Positions 1 through 12,935 of a stretch of 64,000 bases of DNA are shown here, piece by piece. Position numbers and translations under genes: made by a program. Every line of letters begins with the position of its first letter. Within the stretch, counting starts at the first letter, position 1. The stretch spans positions 496,001 to 560,000 of the forward strand of contig JAQGDQ010002372.1 of the NCBI GenBank assembly GCA_030141605.1, written 5' to 3'. Below the pieces are notes generated by a model. It had not been told where the DNA came from. It did not search any database and saw only the letters and a program-made list of their open reading frames with translations. The DNA comes from Tubiluchus corallicola (Eukaryota; Animalia; Priapulida).

Positions 1-355
1 GTGTAATTCATGTTGTCAACAAATGAACTCGTTTATCTGTTTCTTCATGGTAATCCACACTTAAGTATATCTGTTAATATTCAAGTATTTAAGCTTGTAA
101 AGAAATTTATATTTCTAACTAAGCGCTTCTAGTCTCTGTACTAGTTTATATTGATTACAGAGTAATATTTATTTATTTCTCAACATTCTGCTATGTATAT
201 ATTTATGCTAGTAGTCATACTGTAATGCTTCTACTGTTTGTCTATTACCTGCACTCTACTAAGTGCCACATTTCATTGATGAGAACATTTATCATTTGTT
301 AGAAACTGTCTGTTCAAGCCATGTTGCAATATTTCTTATTCAATAAAAATATATT
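1..355 (+). mobile_element. 3' end of a CR1/L2-group LINE (ORF2 C-terminus plus 3' UTR)
   Basis: Frame 1 reads ...VYLFLHGNPHLSISVNIQVFKLVKKFIFLTKRF* (stop 130-132), resembling the typical CR1-group ORF2 end (LLxGN...N..IF..V..FI..TKRF*). It is followed by an AT-rich UTR with AATAAA near 342. Confidence 0.6.
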
Positions 356-859
356 GAAACTGTAAATGTAAAACTTTACGTGAATGAATTTTACTGTAAA
401 TCACGTATCTCTGCGTCTCCTTCCCGTTTGTTTGGTTATTGAACTTATACCAATCGCTTATTTATTTTTGATTCAGGAAAAAACCAAATGACTTGATTTG
501 ATCAATACTTACGTCGTGTATGAATCTTTACGGATGGATGTGCGCTTGATTCGGCAATAAACGTCATTAAAATAACTACTGCAGTATTCATAATTGTACA
601 GCTGAACTACATAAAAATGGATGCGTAAAATTGCATATTAGCTAAATGACAGATTATAAACGTGTTGTCATGAAAAAAGAACAGTGGTATGTAAGCTCAC
701 CTAACACAGATTGCATAAAGAGGTAGTCACGTGCAAAGGAGCCAGTTGAATGAAAACATGTACAATAGTATATATCAATGGTAGACTGAAATTTTGTTCT
801 AGAACTAAAACTGACCAAAACTGACTGAAAGACAAAAATCGTCAAGGTCCAATTTCAGA

Positions 860-1330
860 AGCAATGCACTAGGTTCGAGCTCAATTCAAATATTCTCTCC
901 GAGCATGTAAGAGAAATGAGCAGGTTATTGTTGCTGATCGGAGAGCCTACAGATATATGCACTGTAATTCATATCAATTCTGGGCATCCATTAAAAAGGA
1001 GTCAAATTCTAAGCAACTCTCCTCCCTTCCCGCATTGGGTAAACCACTGGCGAAAAGCAAATATGTGATATGTGGAAGAACCACTACCAGGCACTTCTTA
1101 ATTCTCTTGACAATTGCGATCTACCAATTAGGCTAAAGGAATCTCTGACTACCAACCTAAACAATGCTCCTGCAATCACTGTAAGAGAGGTTCAGGATGC
1201 CATGTCTAGCCTGTCTCACCACAAAAGTCCAGGCCCTGATCGGCTCCAAGCGGAATATTATACATACGCAACTGGGCTTCTACCCATATTGCTAGCTTTA
1301 ATTTATACATCTTGCATTGCTCATAGTTTT
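860..1330 (+). mobile_element. Degraded LINE ORF2 fragment (EN-RT linker and RT domain 0)
   Basis: Translates to VRAQFKYSLRACKRNEQ..., FWASIK, MWKNHY...ITVREVQDAMSSLSHHKSPGPDRLQAEYY...IYTSCIAHSF. The 'I..EV..A...L...KSPGPD' motif precedes LINE RT. Frameshifted and truncated at the junction with the opposite-strand LINE. Confidence 0.75.
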
Positions 1331-2463
1331 CCAAATGCACTGCAAAAGATTTGGGACCAGTCATGGGATGCTAGTTTGGACTTGAAGTCTGCGACAGTGC
1401 TATCATTAAAGATTCTAAATTTTGAAACTACTGGTTTTGAATGAAGTGCTTTCAAGCTAGTTACTGAATAAATGGGAAATTGGTCAGATATGTCACTGTA
1501 GAGAATGCCCGAGTTTAGGTTGTCATTTGACACACAGTTTGTACATATATTATCGATTAAAGTTGCTGAGTAAGTAGTAATTCTTGTTGGTTGCTGATTA
1601 AGGGATACAATGAATGACTAGGTAGGCAATTGAGAAAAGATTCAGTTCCTTCGTGTGAGTCACAGTTAAGCAATTTTAAGTTGAAATCGCCGCAGACAAA
1701 GATGTGTTTGTTTTTATCAATTATTTTAGAGAGAAGATTATCTAAACCATCAAGGAATACTGGGATACTGGTACCCGGAGGTCTATATAACACTCCAACT
1801 AAGACCATTTTTGTATGTTCTTGGGTAATTTTAACAAACAGTGATTCACAGGTTAGTTCATCGAAACAGTCTAAGCCATTACGAGGTTTACTGTTTAAAT
1901 CATCCTTTATATACAGGGAAACCCCTCCACCTGTTCTCTGTTTGCGGGTTTTTGAGTAGTGATTATAATGTTTTATTGAAAACTGATCTTTATTCTGATC
2001 ATTAAGCCAGGTTTCTGTAAAAGATAGTATCGAAAATTCACCATTCAGCGTGGACAGTATAGTCACACTTTAATCTACCTATTCTGTTATAGAAGTTTAG
2101 GTCTGTATCAAAATCTGCATATTGTGAAGACAATAATCTTTCATTATAATCAAATGGATTTAGATGTAATCCAGCAAGTTGTAAGGTAACTGAATCGGGT
2201 ATATCGATCAGGTCAATAGCGTTTTTGAATTGTATTTCATTTTCTATATTATTGAAGGGCAATATATCTGCAAGACAATTTGTACAGTACCACAAATCTA
2301 CACTAGTTAAAACACTGTCTTGCTCTGTCGTTAGATTACATATCAAGTGTTGCCAAATTCCACAAACCTTACATAACAGACCTTTGTGGTCATTCCGTAC
2401 CTTATGAAAATATCTGTATACACGCCCTAAAACAACATAAAACAACGCGATCTTCGCTTTCAA
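1325..2463 (-). mobile_element. Degraded CR1/Crack-like LINE fragment: PHD finger plus APE endonuclease
   Basis: PHD-like CKVCGIWQHLIC...WYCTNC then LPFN (2038-2463). APE motifs SFTETWL, GGGVSLYIK, YRPP, GDFN (1557-2066) and ISDQFP (SDH-like; 1321-1533). Split by frameshifts. Confidence 0.85.
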
Positions 2464-2839
2464 AACCTCTTAATTTCACGTCATTTTTGTAATAACTTAA
2501 TGAAAGACGCCTTTGATGTTAAATTTACTTTTGTTTAATTTCAAGCTGGTAATTACGGTTCTATTCCTGGGCCAATACATTCGGGCGGATGCTTAATATT
2601 TGGACAGGATCAGACTGATGTGGGCACTGGTTTCACAGCAAGTCAAAGTTTTCGAGGAATGGTGACGGGTATCATTGTAGCAATAGGCTATAGGTAATGA
2701 GATTTATTAAGCAGACAACACTGACTGACAGTTCTTTTACAATGTACTTAATGTTTTTATTCTGACTGCTGTTTCTAGTTAGTCGGGGGCTTAGTGGTCA
2801 ATGGGCAGCTTGGCTTTCATCGCTGCTTGGGGATTTTCT

Positions 2840-4183
2840 CAGTGCCAGATTAAGGCTCTGCTGGCCCTAATGCCCATTTTGATAAGTGACCTGAAACCAC
2901 AGATATTTTGGGCTCACCGACGAAAAGAAAATCAGTTAAACTTAGAAAAAGAAAATTTATTGAGTAAAAATTTAGAACAACCAATATTTTTTACAGTAAT
3001 TACTATTGGTACATGTGCCCATATGCTTAGTTCGCCCTTGGCTTTCTTGGACTTTTTCAATGGACTATGTTTTACGATATACCCCATTTCCTGTCAGGAC
3101 CAATACTTGGATTTCTTAAGTGTATTGCTACAGTTTCATGGCCAACAAAAAAGGAAATTCTTCAGAGTGTTGCTGAGCTTCACTCATTTCAGCAGCCTAG
3201 CAGAAGACTCACTGGCTCGTCAATATCGATGACAATGGAAAAAGTGAGTTTCTTTTCAGACAGTAATTTTCTCCTGATGTGAACGAACTTTAACCCTATT
3301 ATCATTTGGTCATGCACCATTTGGTTGTCATTGGTTTCATAGGAGCTGTCAGTAAAACTATAATTTTTAGCCAAGATTTTCAGTTCGGCGAATAAATTGT
3401 CAATGCATTCATTAGGACCCTGCTCGAAAGGCATAACATTCATACACTGAGTTAGCAGGGGCAGCAAAATACTGTTGCAAAGTGGCGCTTTCGCAGATTC
3501 ATAGCTATCTAGTCGACTGCCTACAGAATCTTGAATAACAAGTTTTAAACCTCGCAGAATCCTTGTAACATCTAACTCCATCCTATTCAGAAGCCAGGAG
3601 TTTTTGAGATCAGCAGTCAGCGGAATAGCTTGAAAGCTTAACCAGTCTTCAAAATCTTCCACATACAGCTTATACTACGCCCTCAGAGCTTAAGCAGCAA
3701 GATTAAAAGGACCAGGTGCAAGAGAAAATATCTTGGACAACTACAGTGACCCCCTATCATCATGAGATGTATTAGGACCAGACATGCTTTACACAAGAAG
3801 TGCGAAATTTAAACTGTAGCAGGTATTCCTCTAAAAGAAACACACGATAGATTAATTTCTTAAAGAAAAACAAAATAGCAGAGCCTTTACGACAAAAAAG
3901 CAAACAAAATTATCACATGGTTAACAAAAAATAAGGTGCTATTCATCAACTATGTTAAGTTAAAATTTTCGACAAACGTTCCTGTCAGAATGGTGTCTCA
4001 TTCATTCGTTATTGCAAAGGTCACAGTAAAAAATACAAAACATTTATTTACGTGTAAAAATAAAGGAAAGAAATTTTTATCACCACCTGAAAACTTATGA
4101 ATTTTTTCCTGATTTTTTGTGGCCCGATTTTTGGCTGGCCTTAAGGCGTGTGCTATGTTTGCCTAATGATTAATCCGGCACTG
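2840..4183. mobile_element. Non-autonomous hAT-like DNA transposon (14-bp TIRs, 8-bp TSD)
   Basis: Left TIR CAGTGCCAGATTAA at 2840; right end TTAATCCGGCACTG ending at 4183 (13/14 match). Identical flanking 8-mers GATTTTCT at 2832-2839 and 4184-4191. An 8-bp TSD with CAG termini is typical of hAT. Confidence 0.8.
3000..3790 (-). pseudogene. Gypsy-type gag fragment (degraded), lying inside the hAT-like element
   Basis: ORF 3189-3662: ...QGPNECIDNLFAELKILAKNYSF...MVHDQMIIGLK..HIRRKLLSEKKLTFSIVIDI matches the Gypsy gag pattern Q..GE..D.F...L..LA..C.F...RDQ.I.G.....R.KLL....LT....I. In-frame stops lie upstream. Confidence 0.75.
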
Positions 4184-4903
4184 GATTTTCTCCCAGTCAT
4201 TTCCCTTGACAAAGATCCCTAAAACATAGTAATATGCTCCTTGCAAAGTCATGAACAAATGAATAGGTCAGGGCTAAAGGGGCCATTTGAAAATGTTTTT
4301 ATGTTTGATAAACTACCTGATGGGTTAAGAAACGTCTGAAGAAATATTACGGCATCAGATCTGGATTCAGTTTTTTCGAACTTAGAGTGCTACGTACGAA
4401 TAAAGATAATAGGCCTAAATGTTTTTTGTGAAATTATCATACTGATTAAAGTAGTAACTGAGTAACACTACTTGCTTGAAAGTTTAATAAGTTATTTTCA
4501 TAGTAATTGCGTCACGATAATGTACATAATTTAGACATGGGTACTGGTGTGCTTAGTTACGAAAGTTCAGGAATACTGAACCAGTTTACCAAACGGATGA
4601 GTATCGTTAGGAAAATTGCATCTGGGCGGTTTTGACTGCACCTTAAGCCTTTATTTGTTGAGTTTCAGTGATGCAGGTTCTATTTTCAACTTAATGAAAT
4701 CACCCTCAAGTGAATTTCTGACTAGCTAAAGACGAACGTTCCATAAACTTCTAAATCATATAATATTGTAATCACAATTCTTACCAAATAAGTATTCATT
4801 TTTTCGCGTTTGAACTGCTCCAGTATATTCGCATCTGTCATGTGTCACAAAATTTATTTTGAACATAATAGCAATTTACTAAGATTAAAACATTTTTTCC
4901 AGA

Positions 4904-5192
4904 TTCGATGATGGAGTCCTGTTTAAATAATGATGACTCCTACATCTTTAATTGGGAAACCCCAGTTATGCAGCTTATTGGTGGTTTGATGAAAGGTCAA
5001 TCTACCTGCCCTGGACCAATTGAAATGGAAAGAGTGTGTGCTCTGAGAGAAGATGAGTTAGAAATACTCTTTGACTTCATCACTGGCATTGCCAAGAAAA
5101 CAGCTTCGCTAATTTACATAATTTCTGACGAACTTAGACAAATTGGGGCGCGCCTCAGTACGTCTAGGCCTAGGTCTAGATATTATAATTAA
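4904..5192 (+). other. Unassigned exon-like ORF (94 aa), possibly a TE-derived terminal exon
   Basis: Preceded by a pyrimidine tract and CAG acceptor (ttttttccag, ~4893-4902). Protein-like composition but no recognisable family. Confidence 0.2.
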
Positions 5193-5704
5193 AATGGAGA
5201 TGCCTATAGTAACATTGTCAATTGATTTTTTATAGCTGGCCCAGTCTGAAAACACCCGGATGTACTGTATATATCTGTAAAGCTATACAGCTATACCTGT
5301 AGTTCGATTTTACATGGGATTTTAAATTTTGCTTTTTGTGTATTTTATGTAGATCGTTGTGTGTTTTGTGTATTTATGTAGATCGTTGCCCTGAATGACC
5401 ATTGGTCTTGTCTAGGTCTAGTGCGATTAGCATAATTTCTCTGAAGAAATATGTTAGGTACTCGTTTAAAAAACACTTGTGCATTTTTCTTGAAAGTTCT
5501 GGAAGGATAGAGGTCGTATGAATTTCAATAAATAAAAATTTACAGAGTCTGACTTTTGCATTTTCATTTTTTGCTCGTGTGCCATGTATTGAAAAATCCA
5601 GTACAGATAAAGGTGTTATAACTACACAGTCATTTAGCATCTTCAGAAAATGTATAAAATTTATAGATAACAAGCGAGCTATGATGTTTCGACTACAGCA
5701 GGAC

Positions 5705-5719
5705 ATTATTATTATTATT

Positions 5720-5814
<95 letters not shown>

Positions 5815-5840
5815 TATTATCATCATTATTATTATTATTA
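5705..5840. repeat. (ATC)n/(ATT)n microsatellite
   Basis: Directly visible trinucleotide run; it explains the poly-I and poly-M ORFs. Confidence 0.97.
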
Positions 5841-6273
5841 TGACAGTCAAACCGGATTGCAAAAAAAATTGACGCTAAGCGAGTTTGGCATTATAAATAG
5901 AGCGTTATTACGAGTTATGATCGTCGTTGTCATCGTCGTCGTCATTGTCATCATCATCATCATTATTAGTATTATTTCATTTCGAGCATAAAAATATACA
6001 TATCGTAGATTTTTCCTTTATTATTTTAATGTTTATTTTACTGCGTAATCCACCAAACAATTATTTTGCATGCAGTTATTAGCACGATTCATTTAACAGA
6101 ATGACAATTGAAAAATAATAATGGGGCAAGAGTTTACAGCCCGAGTATACAACTTTTTAACAGCTTTATAATTAAGGTTGAGCATAATTGCAAACTCTAT
6201 TACAAAAAGTGCGAGAATTTGAGATGGGGGAGATAAGGAGAAGATAATTATGGCGAGGAAAGAACGGAAGCAC

Positions 6274-6288
6274 GTGTGTGTGTGTGTG

Positions 6289-6320
<32 letters not shown>

Positions 6321-6360
6321 CGTGCGTGTGTGCGTGCGTGCGTGCGTGCGTGTGTGTGTG
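6274..6360. repeat. (GT)n/(GCGT)n microsatellite
   Basis: Directly visible. Confidence 0.97.
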
Positions 6361-7554
6361 GTGCTAAAACGTGGCAAAAATACTTGGAATTTGATACAAC
6401 GTGTAAGTTCTTAACACATGATATACGTGAATTTGAATGAGTCGAATTAACAAATCAGCCTAGCTAAAAATACCCACACAAAATCAAATATATTATGTGT
6501 GTGCACATACATATTCTCCTATCAATCCCATTTTTTGCTTTATTTGCGGTTTTATTTTATCAGTCAGTTAACAAATGACCTATTGATGAAAATATATCAC
6601 AACACAAATGCCGTTTTCAGATTTTTAAATTCAATAGCTAGCATAGGCTTTATCGTCTGACAATGACACATTTATCACTCTTCAGTCACAAAGCCAGTAA
6701 ACTAACGTTATATTTTATACAGAATGTACTGTCACAAAAATATGTTTAGGCGTGTAATATGAATCGTGTAAATGCTTTGTATATATAGTTCTTAATTTGT
6801 CTTAAGTTCATTAAAGATTATGTAAATTAGCGAAGCTGTTTTCTCGGTGGTATCAGTTGGATAGTCAACATTGGTTTTCTGTCAGAGTGCGCACTCTTTC
6901 CGTTTCGGTTGGGACAGGTGAACAGGTAGACAGGGACAGGTAGTCACTCAAATGTGACTTAGGTAAGTCAAATGTAGATGCGGTACTTTGAATAAATCGG
7001 TAACTAACTCATTTAAGAAATTACAAAAAGATAAACCAAATTAAAATTATATTTTATGGTCATGGTGCTATCGGCAGCAGCAATTTTTATTATATTTAAT
7101 TAATTTGCAACTATTTGTATGGACGTTAATACATTTTTCAAATGTAAAGAAAATGTTTATCTGATAAGAAGCACCGCATTCTATTTCTTTGAGTTCAGTG
7201 GTTGCTGGAGTTTGAGAGCCAAACAAGACAAGCCTGCTCCTGCCTTCCCAGGTCTTGTCTCCCAACTGTTTCGGCGTGAATGTGAGGGAGTGGTGAACCT
7301 TCAAGGGTAAATTCGTTTTCTTTGTGTTTTTATGTCTAGCCAGCTATTCGTTCTTTTTCGGTTATAAAATCACTCTTTCCAACAGTAACATTTAGTTTTA
7401 CAAAATTAGTGGGTTTGTCAGGATTTTGGTCGGGCCTTATACTCTTTCAAAGCTAGTAAATGTCTCCCAGTTGCATGTTTCCGGATGTCGACCTCGAACC
7501 GAGGCCTCTCGCTCACCGATAACTCTGGCTCGAATCGTCCAGGGGTGATTACTA

Positions 7555-10500
7555 CGGTGCACTAGATGCTGCATTGATTATAGAGCCCTAAATGCAATTA
7601 CCATCAAAGACAGTTATCCTTTACCCTGTATAGATGACTCGATAGATGCACTATCAGGCTCTGAATGGTTTTCCACCCTTGACTTGAAATCTGGGTATCA
7701 CCAGGTCGAAATGCACCCTAACGACAAGGAGAAGACGGCTTTCATTACACATAGAGGCCTCTGGCAATTCAAGGCTATGCCTTTTTTATGGAGCAGGTCC
7801 TGACTGGCCTTCATTGGCGTACCCTACTAATCTACCTCGATGACGTGATAGTTTATGGCCACACCTTTGACGAACACTTGGAGCGTCTACAAGAGGTCTT
7901 CACTCGCTTCCAAGCAGCCGGACTGAAACTTAACGCTGAGAAATGTCTACTTACACAAAAGCAGGTAACTTACCTTGGACACATTGTCAGTTCCCAAGGA
8001 GTACACACCGATCCTGCAAAAACTGATGCAGTAGCGAAATGGCCTATACCAACAAACTTGACTGAGCTACGTAGTTTTCTTGGCCTTTGTACATACTACA
8101 GGCGCTTCATCAAAGACTTTGCAAAAATAGCAGCTCCACTGCACGAACTAACTCGTAAACATCAACCTTTCTTGTGGCAACAAGACCAGCTGCAGTCTTT
8201 TGAGAGACTTAAAGCCTTGCTTACTTCCTCCCCTGTACTAGCGCATCCTCATTTCGATAGAGATTTCATACTTGACACCGATGCTAGTAATGTCGCCATC
8301 GGTGCTGTACTCTCTCAAGTTCAAAATGGACACGAACGTGTAATTGCCTATTACAGTCAAACACTTAACCCCGCAGAACGCAATTACTGTGCCACTAGAC
8401 GTGAACTCCTGGCCGTGATAAAAGCGGTGACCAACTTCCATCACTATCTTTACGGAAAACTCTTTTCTATACGTACCGACCATGCGGCACTTCGCTGGCT
8501 TCGCACGCTTAAGCGCCCGGAAGGCCAATTAGCTCGATGGCTTGCGAAATTGGACCAATATCAGTACAAGATAGAGCATAGGCCCGGTAAAAGTCACGCG
8601 AATGCAGACGCGCTGTCTAGACGGCCATGCGAACACGAATGCTCTCATTGCAACAAACGTGAAATAAAATTTGAAACGCTAAGAACAGCTAACAATTCAA
8701 AAGCTGAAAATAGCAAAAATGCCTTACAGCCAGCCTGGAGAAGTAAAATTGACAGTGAAATTATTCAGGCATCAAAATGTGTGAAACCAGAAATCACTGA
8801 ATCGGCAAAATTTGTCAAAGTCGGTACAACTTTGCGTGATACTGAATTAGATTTTAAAGAAGGTCAATTAAATGATAAAGATCTAGCACCCGTCATAGCG
8901 TTTCTTGAAACGTCAAGCGAAAAACCAACATGGGAACAGCGATCACCCCTTAGTAGAAACGCTAAAGCGGTTTTAGCGCATTGGGACACACTGCGTTTAA
9001 GAGATGGCATTTTGCAGCGGAAATGGGAAAGCCCTGAAGGGAGTCTTCTCGCTGGCAATGGTTAGTCCCTCGCGCTTTTCGCGAAAAAGTTTTAACGGAA
9101 ATGCATTCATCTCCAACTGCAGGCCATTTTGGACAAAACAAAACTCTCGATTTACTGCGGCAGCGCTTGTTTTGGCCGGGAATGCGGCAAGATGTTGAAA
9201 TATGGACGCGAACTTGCGAAATTTGTTGCAAGAAAAAGGGGCCGCAGCGAAAACCTCGTGCACCTTTACAACTATACCGTGTGGGCGCGCCTATGGAACG
9301 AATCGCCATTGACGTGGCAGGTCCTTTTCCGTTGTCTAATTCTAACAACAAATACATATTAGTTGCAATGGATTATTTCACAAAATGGCCGTAATGCTAT
9401 CCCTTACCGAACCAAGAAGCCGAGACTATAGCTGCAGTATTGGTAAACGATTTCTTTTGCCGATTTGGGTTACCAAACGAAATTCATTCAGACCAAGGCC
9501 GAAATTTTGAAAGTAAGGTCTTTCAGCAATGCTGTAATCTTATGGGTATTGAGAAAACTCGAACGACTGCGCTTAACCCAAAAAGCGATGGAATGTGCGA
9601 GCGCTTTATAAGGACCATTTCCCGACAGCTTGCGCAATTCAGTAGTGCCCACCAGCGTGATTGGGATGAAAAGATCCCTTTGTTTTTGCTTTCATACAGA
9701 TCGGCTGTACATGACTCAACTGGATTCACCCCTGCTCAAGCCATGTTTGGTTGAGAATTAAGGCTGCCTCTTGATCTATTAACAGGACGCCCACCTTCAA
9801 ACATTGATTCAAGTACTGTCGTTCAGTATGTTAAAAATCTTGAGAATCGTCTACATGACGTTCACCATTTCATCAGAGAAAACCTTCGCATTTCCCATGA
9901 AACAATGCGTAGACGCTATAATGTCCGTTCTCGTTATGTTCAATTTTCTGTTGGGGAAAAAGTTTGGTTTTTTAACCCTCAGCGTAAAATCGGTCGCAGT
10001 CCAAAGCTTCAGTCTGATTGGCTGGGACCTTATGAAATCATAACACGTCTCTCAGATGTTGTCTATCGTATACGTTTGCCGGGACCAAGAGAAAGATGCA
10101 AAATTGTTCATGCAGATCGTCTGTGGCGTTATACGCCAGCCACTGGATTTTCCTGGACACCTGGTGAAACGCCTTCACTCAATGAATTATCTGACAGCCA
10201 AGCTACAGTAACTTATAGCCTTGATCCCGAAGTTAGTGCCGATAAATCCAATGCCGATCCATCGGGTATCGATAAATCTAAATCTGAACAGAACATTGAA
10301 CTCGAGCCACAACTGACAGCACTTGATCGTTCTGTATCTCTCGATTCTTTCGGATTGCCGCCACCTCCATACTCACCATGCAGAATAGCTGATTATAATG
10401 ATGAGCACAATGAAAATGCATCGAGTTTTCCAGCCCAAATTCCAGAACTACTTAATTCCTCCATGCCAGCCTTAACTCCTATTCGTGATCAACTTTCCCT

Positions 10501-11140
10501 TCCCCATGACAATTCATCCAACGGTGATGTACGGCTTTCATTGCCCACCTTATCTCCGCCTATACCAAAACCTCGAACATCCACTCCCAAAAGAGTTGAT
10601 TTTCCCGGCTCAACTACTCTTAGTTTACTTGGCACAGCCGACTCTGCTGAATTTATTCCCGACGAATCAACTCGACAACTCATTAACGAATGGCTTCCTG
10701 GTAGCTCCAGTTCAGCAATTGCTGAGGACTCCTCTGAAAAGGCCGGCGATAGTGTACGCACGCCTCTTTCGGGCGAGCAGTCTACCTAGGTGAACCATTC
10801 TAGGAGCAATGTTGAGTGTAATCTTGAAATAAACAATAGAAAAACTGTTGATAGACAACCCAAATCGTTTCAATCCAATCATAATGTAACCTCACAACCT
10901 ACGTTACCGGATCCTATTCTCTCTCCAACTTCTATTAATCCTGTTCTCGTATCAAGCGAGACCCATTCTAGCACACCACTAACCTTTTTGGAAGCCAATG
11001 CAGCCGATGACGTCCAGTTGCCGTCCAGTCCTCCCCGACCTTACCCCCGCAGGTCAAGACAACCTACAACCCACTATGGAAACTTCGCCTATGAAGACCC
11101 TACTGCACATCGAATACGCAATCCGAGACTTGAGAAATGA
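7555..11140 (+). pseudogene. Ty3/Gypsy retrotransposon pol (RT-RNase H-integrase), degraded; gag/protease missing
   Basis: RT: CIDYRALNAITIKDSYPLP, LDLKSGYHQ, MPF[~11 codons deleted], YLDDVIV. RNase H: LDTDASN, ERNYCATRRELLA, TDH. Integrase: HHCC (H..GHFG...CEIC), IDVAGP, HSDQG, ERF, and WLGPY. Frameshift near 9055; in-frame stops at 9392, 9752 and 10787. Confidence 0.95.
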
Positions 11141-12919
11141 AATGCTAGGAGAGTTCTGTCATCTTAACCCTCACTTTACAAGCAAGAAAATGCTCGAGTT
11201 TAGATGCACTCATAGAATTACTTACGCGAAACATTTTCGTAATTCCAGCAACTATTCTATGTGACACATCCACATTAGCACTTAAGAATGGAGTTGTAAC
11301 TACTTACACATGTCAAATTCGAAAATACGTGACTAGATGCTTGTTTAACTCGAAGTATATAATTTACTTAATAAGCATGTTTCAAAATGTAAAAAAAAAT
11401 ATTTTTTTGCAGCTGAGGAACCAAGAATTGAACATATTTCCTTGGCTGTATATTGATTACCTCATGTCAATGATGTCATTATTATTGTTGTCGTATTTTG
11501 TGAAAAAATGGAATTTTCACTCTTCTTTAAGGAGAGGAGGAGAGGCGAATATATTAGTTTTTGTTCTATATTCTTAAGTGGCCGTATTGGAAATCAACTG
11601 TGTATTCTTTAATTAAATTTTGAGTTTTTTTCTTGAATGGAATTTAAAAAAAAGGATAATTGTTCTGTAAATAGTTATTGCAAATTGTCATTTGTTCTAA
11701 CATTAATCTCGAGAGATAAATGGCAGAACAAATATTTCATTTTTGCTAAACAATTACCGTTTGTTTAGACTGTTTCAGCTATGATGTACGAGTAGATAGT
11801 CGTGATCGAAATTCTCAATTTCGTTGTTTTAAGTCAACCGATTCCAGTTGATGCCTAGTTCTAATTAGTCTTTTTCGATAATTGACGTTTTGTTGTTGTT
11901 GCTTTCGTTCTTCGAGGTCCTATTTCTAGCTTCGCGACAAAGCCTTGCCCGTTGGCTACCATGTGAACAGAGCGACTTTGACCACTGACCAGCCCTCGGT
12001 TGCGTAAGTTAATCGAACACGGTAAGGTGTTAAATTTTTTTTAGAAGTTAAGTTGTCAGCATTGTTGTTGCTTATTAAAGATGTTGATTTATTTAAAGAT
12101 AAAGTGGCATATAACTTTTTGTTTTTGGTTTCCCGCTATGAATATAGTTGGTGTAAGCAGATTTACTACCTTTTTTCTGTTGTACAGCACAGCTATTTTG
12201 GAAATTTATGGAGAATCGACGTTTTTCGCCATAGGAGCCAATACTTAAGCTCAATAAATCTTATGCTGGGTCTGCAGTGGAAATTCACTTGAACTAACTG
12301 TATGCTTGACATGCGTACTAGCGTTCATCTTTTCCAGGCAAGCTCTACCAACCCAGGTGTTACACCCGTGGTATCGGATGCGTTGTTGCTTGACTAAGGG
12401 CTAGTCCACACCACACACCTTACTTGCATTTGCTTATTGAGACATAGTTGGTACTGGTGAATCGTTAAGAATCGCAGATCGTGCGGATTATTTACACTAC
12501 GTTACGTTTATTTACGGATAGCGGATATCTGATTACATTTATTTCGTTCATTTTTGCATTTTTACGTAGACATACTTAGGCATATTTAGTTGGAAGTTTT
12601 TTTAAGTCGACTCGCCGTTATATAAAAATTGTTGTTACTAGAAATGTAATGTTTAACTTTAATTTATTCATACAAGAAATCTGACATTGACTTCATCTTC
12701 TAGTTTGTAATTCGGTAGGCGTTATGCACTAGCTCATGTTGTTTTGTAGAATTGCCAGTCTTTGCAAAATATTTCTGTGATTCTATTTGATTAATGGAAG
12801 GAAAAACTTTTTGTATTGCCGATTAGCAGTGCTCGAACTTGCTTTCTGGTCTGTGTAGGTAGCTGTTCTTCTCCCTCCCGATGGAAGACTAGATCTTCAA
12901 AGAAGGGACTTCTTTGTCT

Positions 12920-12932
12920 GGAGGAAGGGGGA
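12920..12932 (+). other. Polypurine tract of the Gypsy element
   Basis: GGAGGAAGGGGGA immediately before the TG start of the LTR at 12936. Confidence 0.75.
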
Positions 12933-12935
12933 CAG

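Noticed and set aside
5374-6377. ORFs with poly-M, poly-I and HT repeats
   Set aside because: Translations of (ATC)n and (GT)n microsatellites.
8238-10793. Antisense and alternative-frame ORFs over Gypsy pol
   Set aside because: Shadows of the pol coding sequence with no independent motifs.
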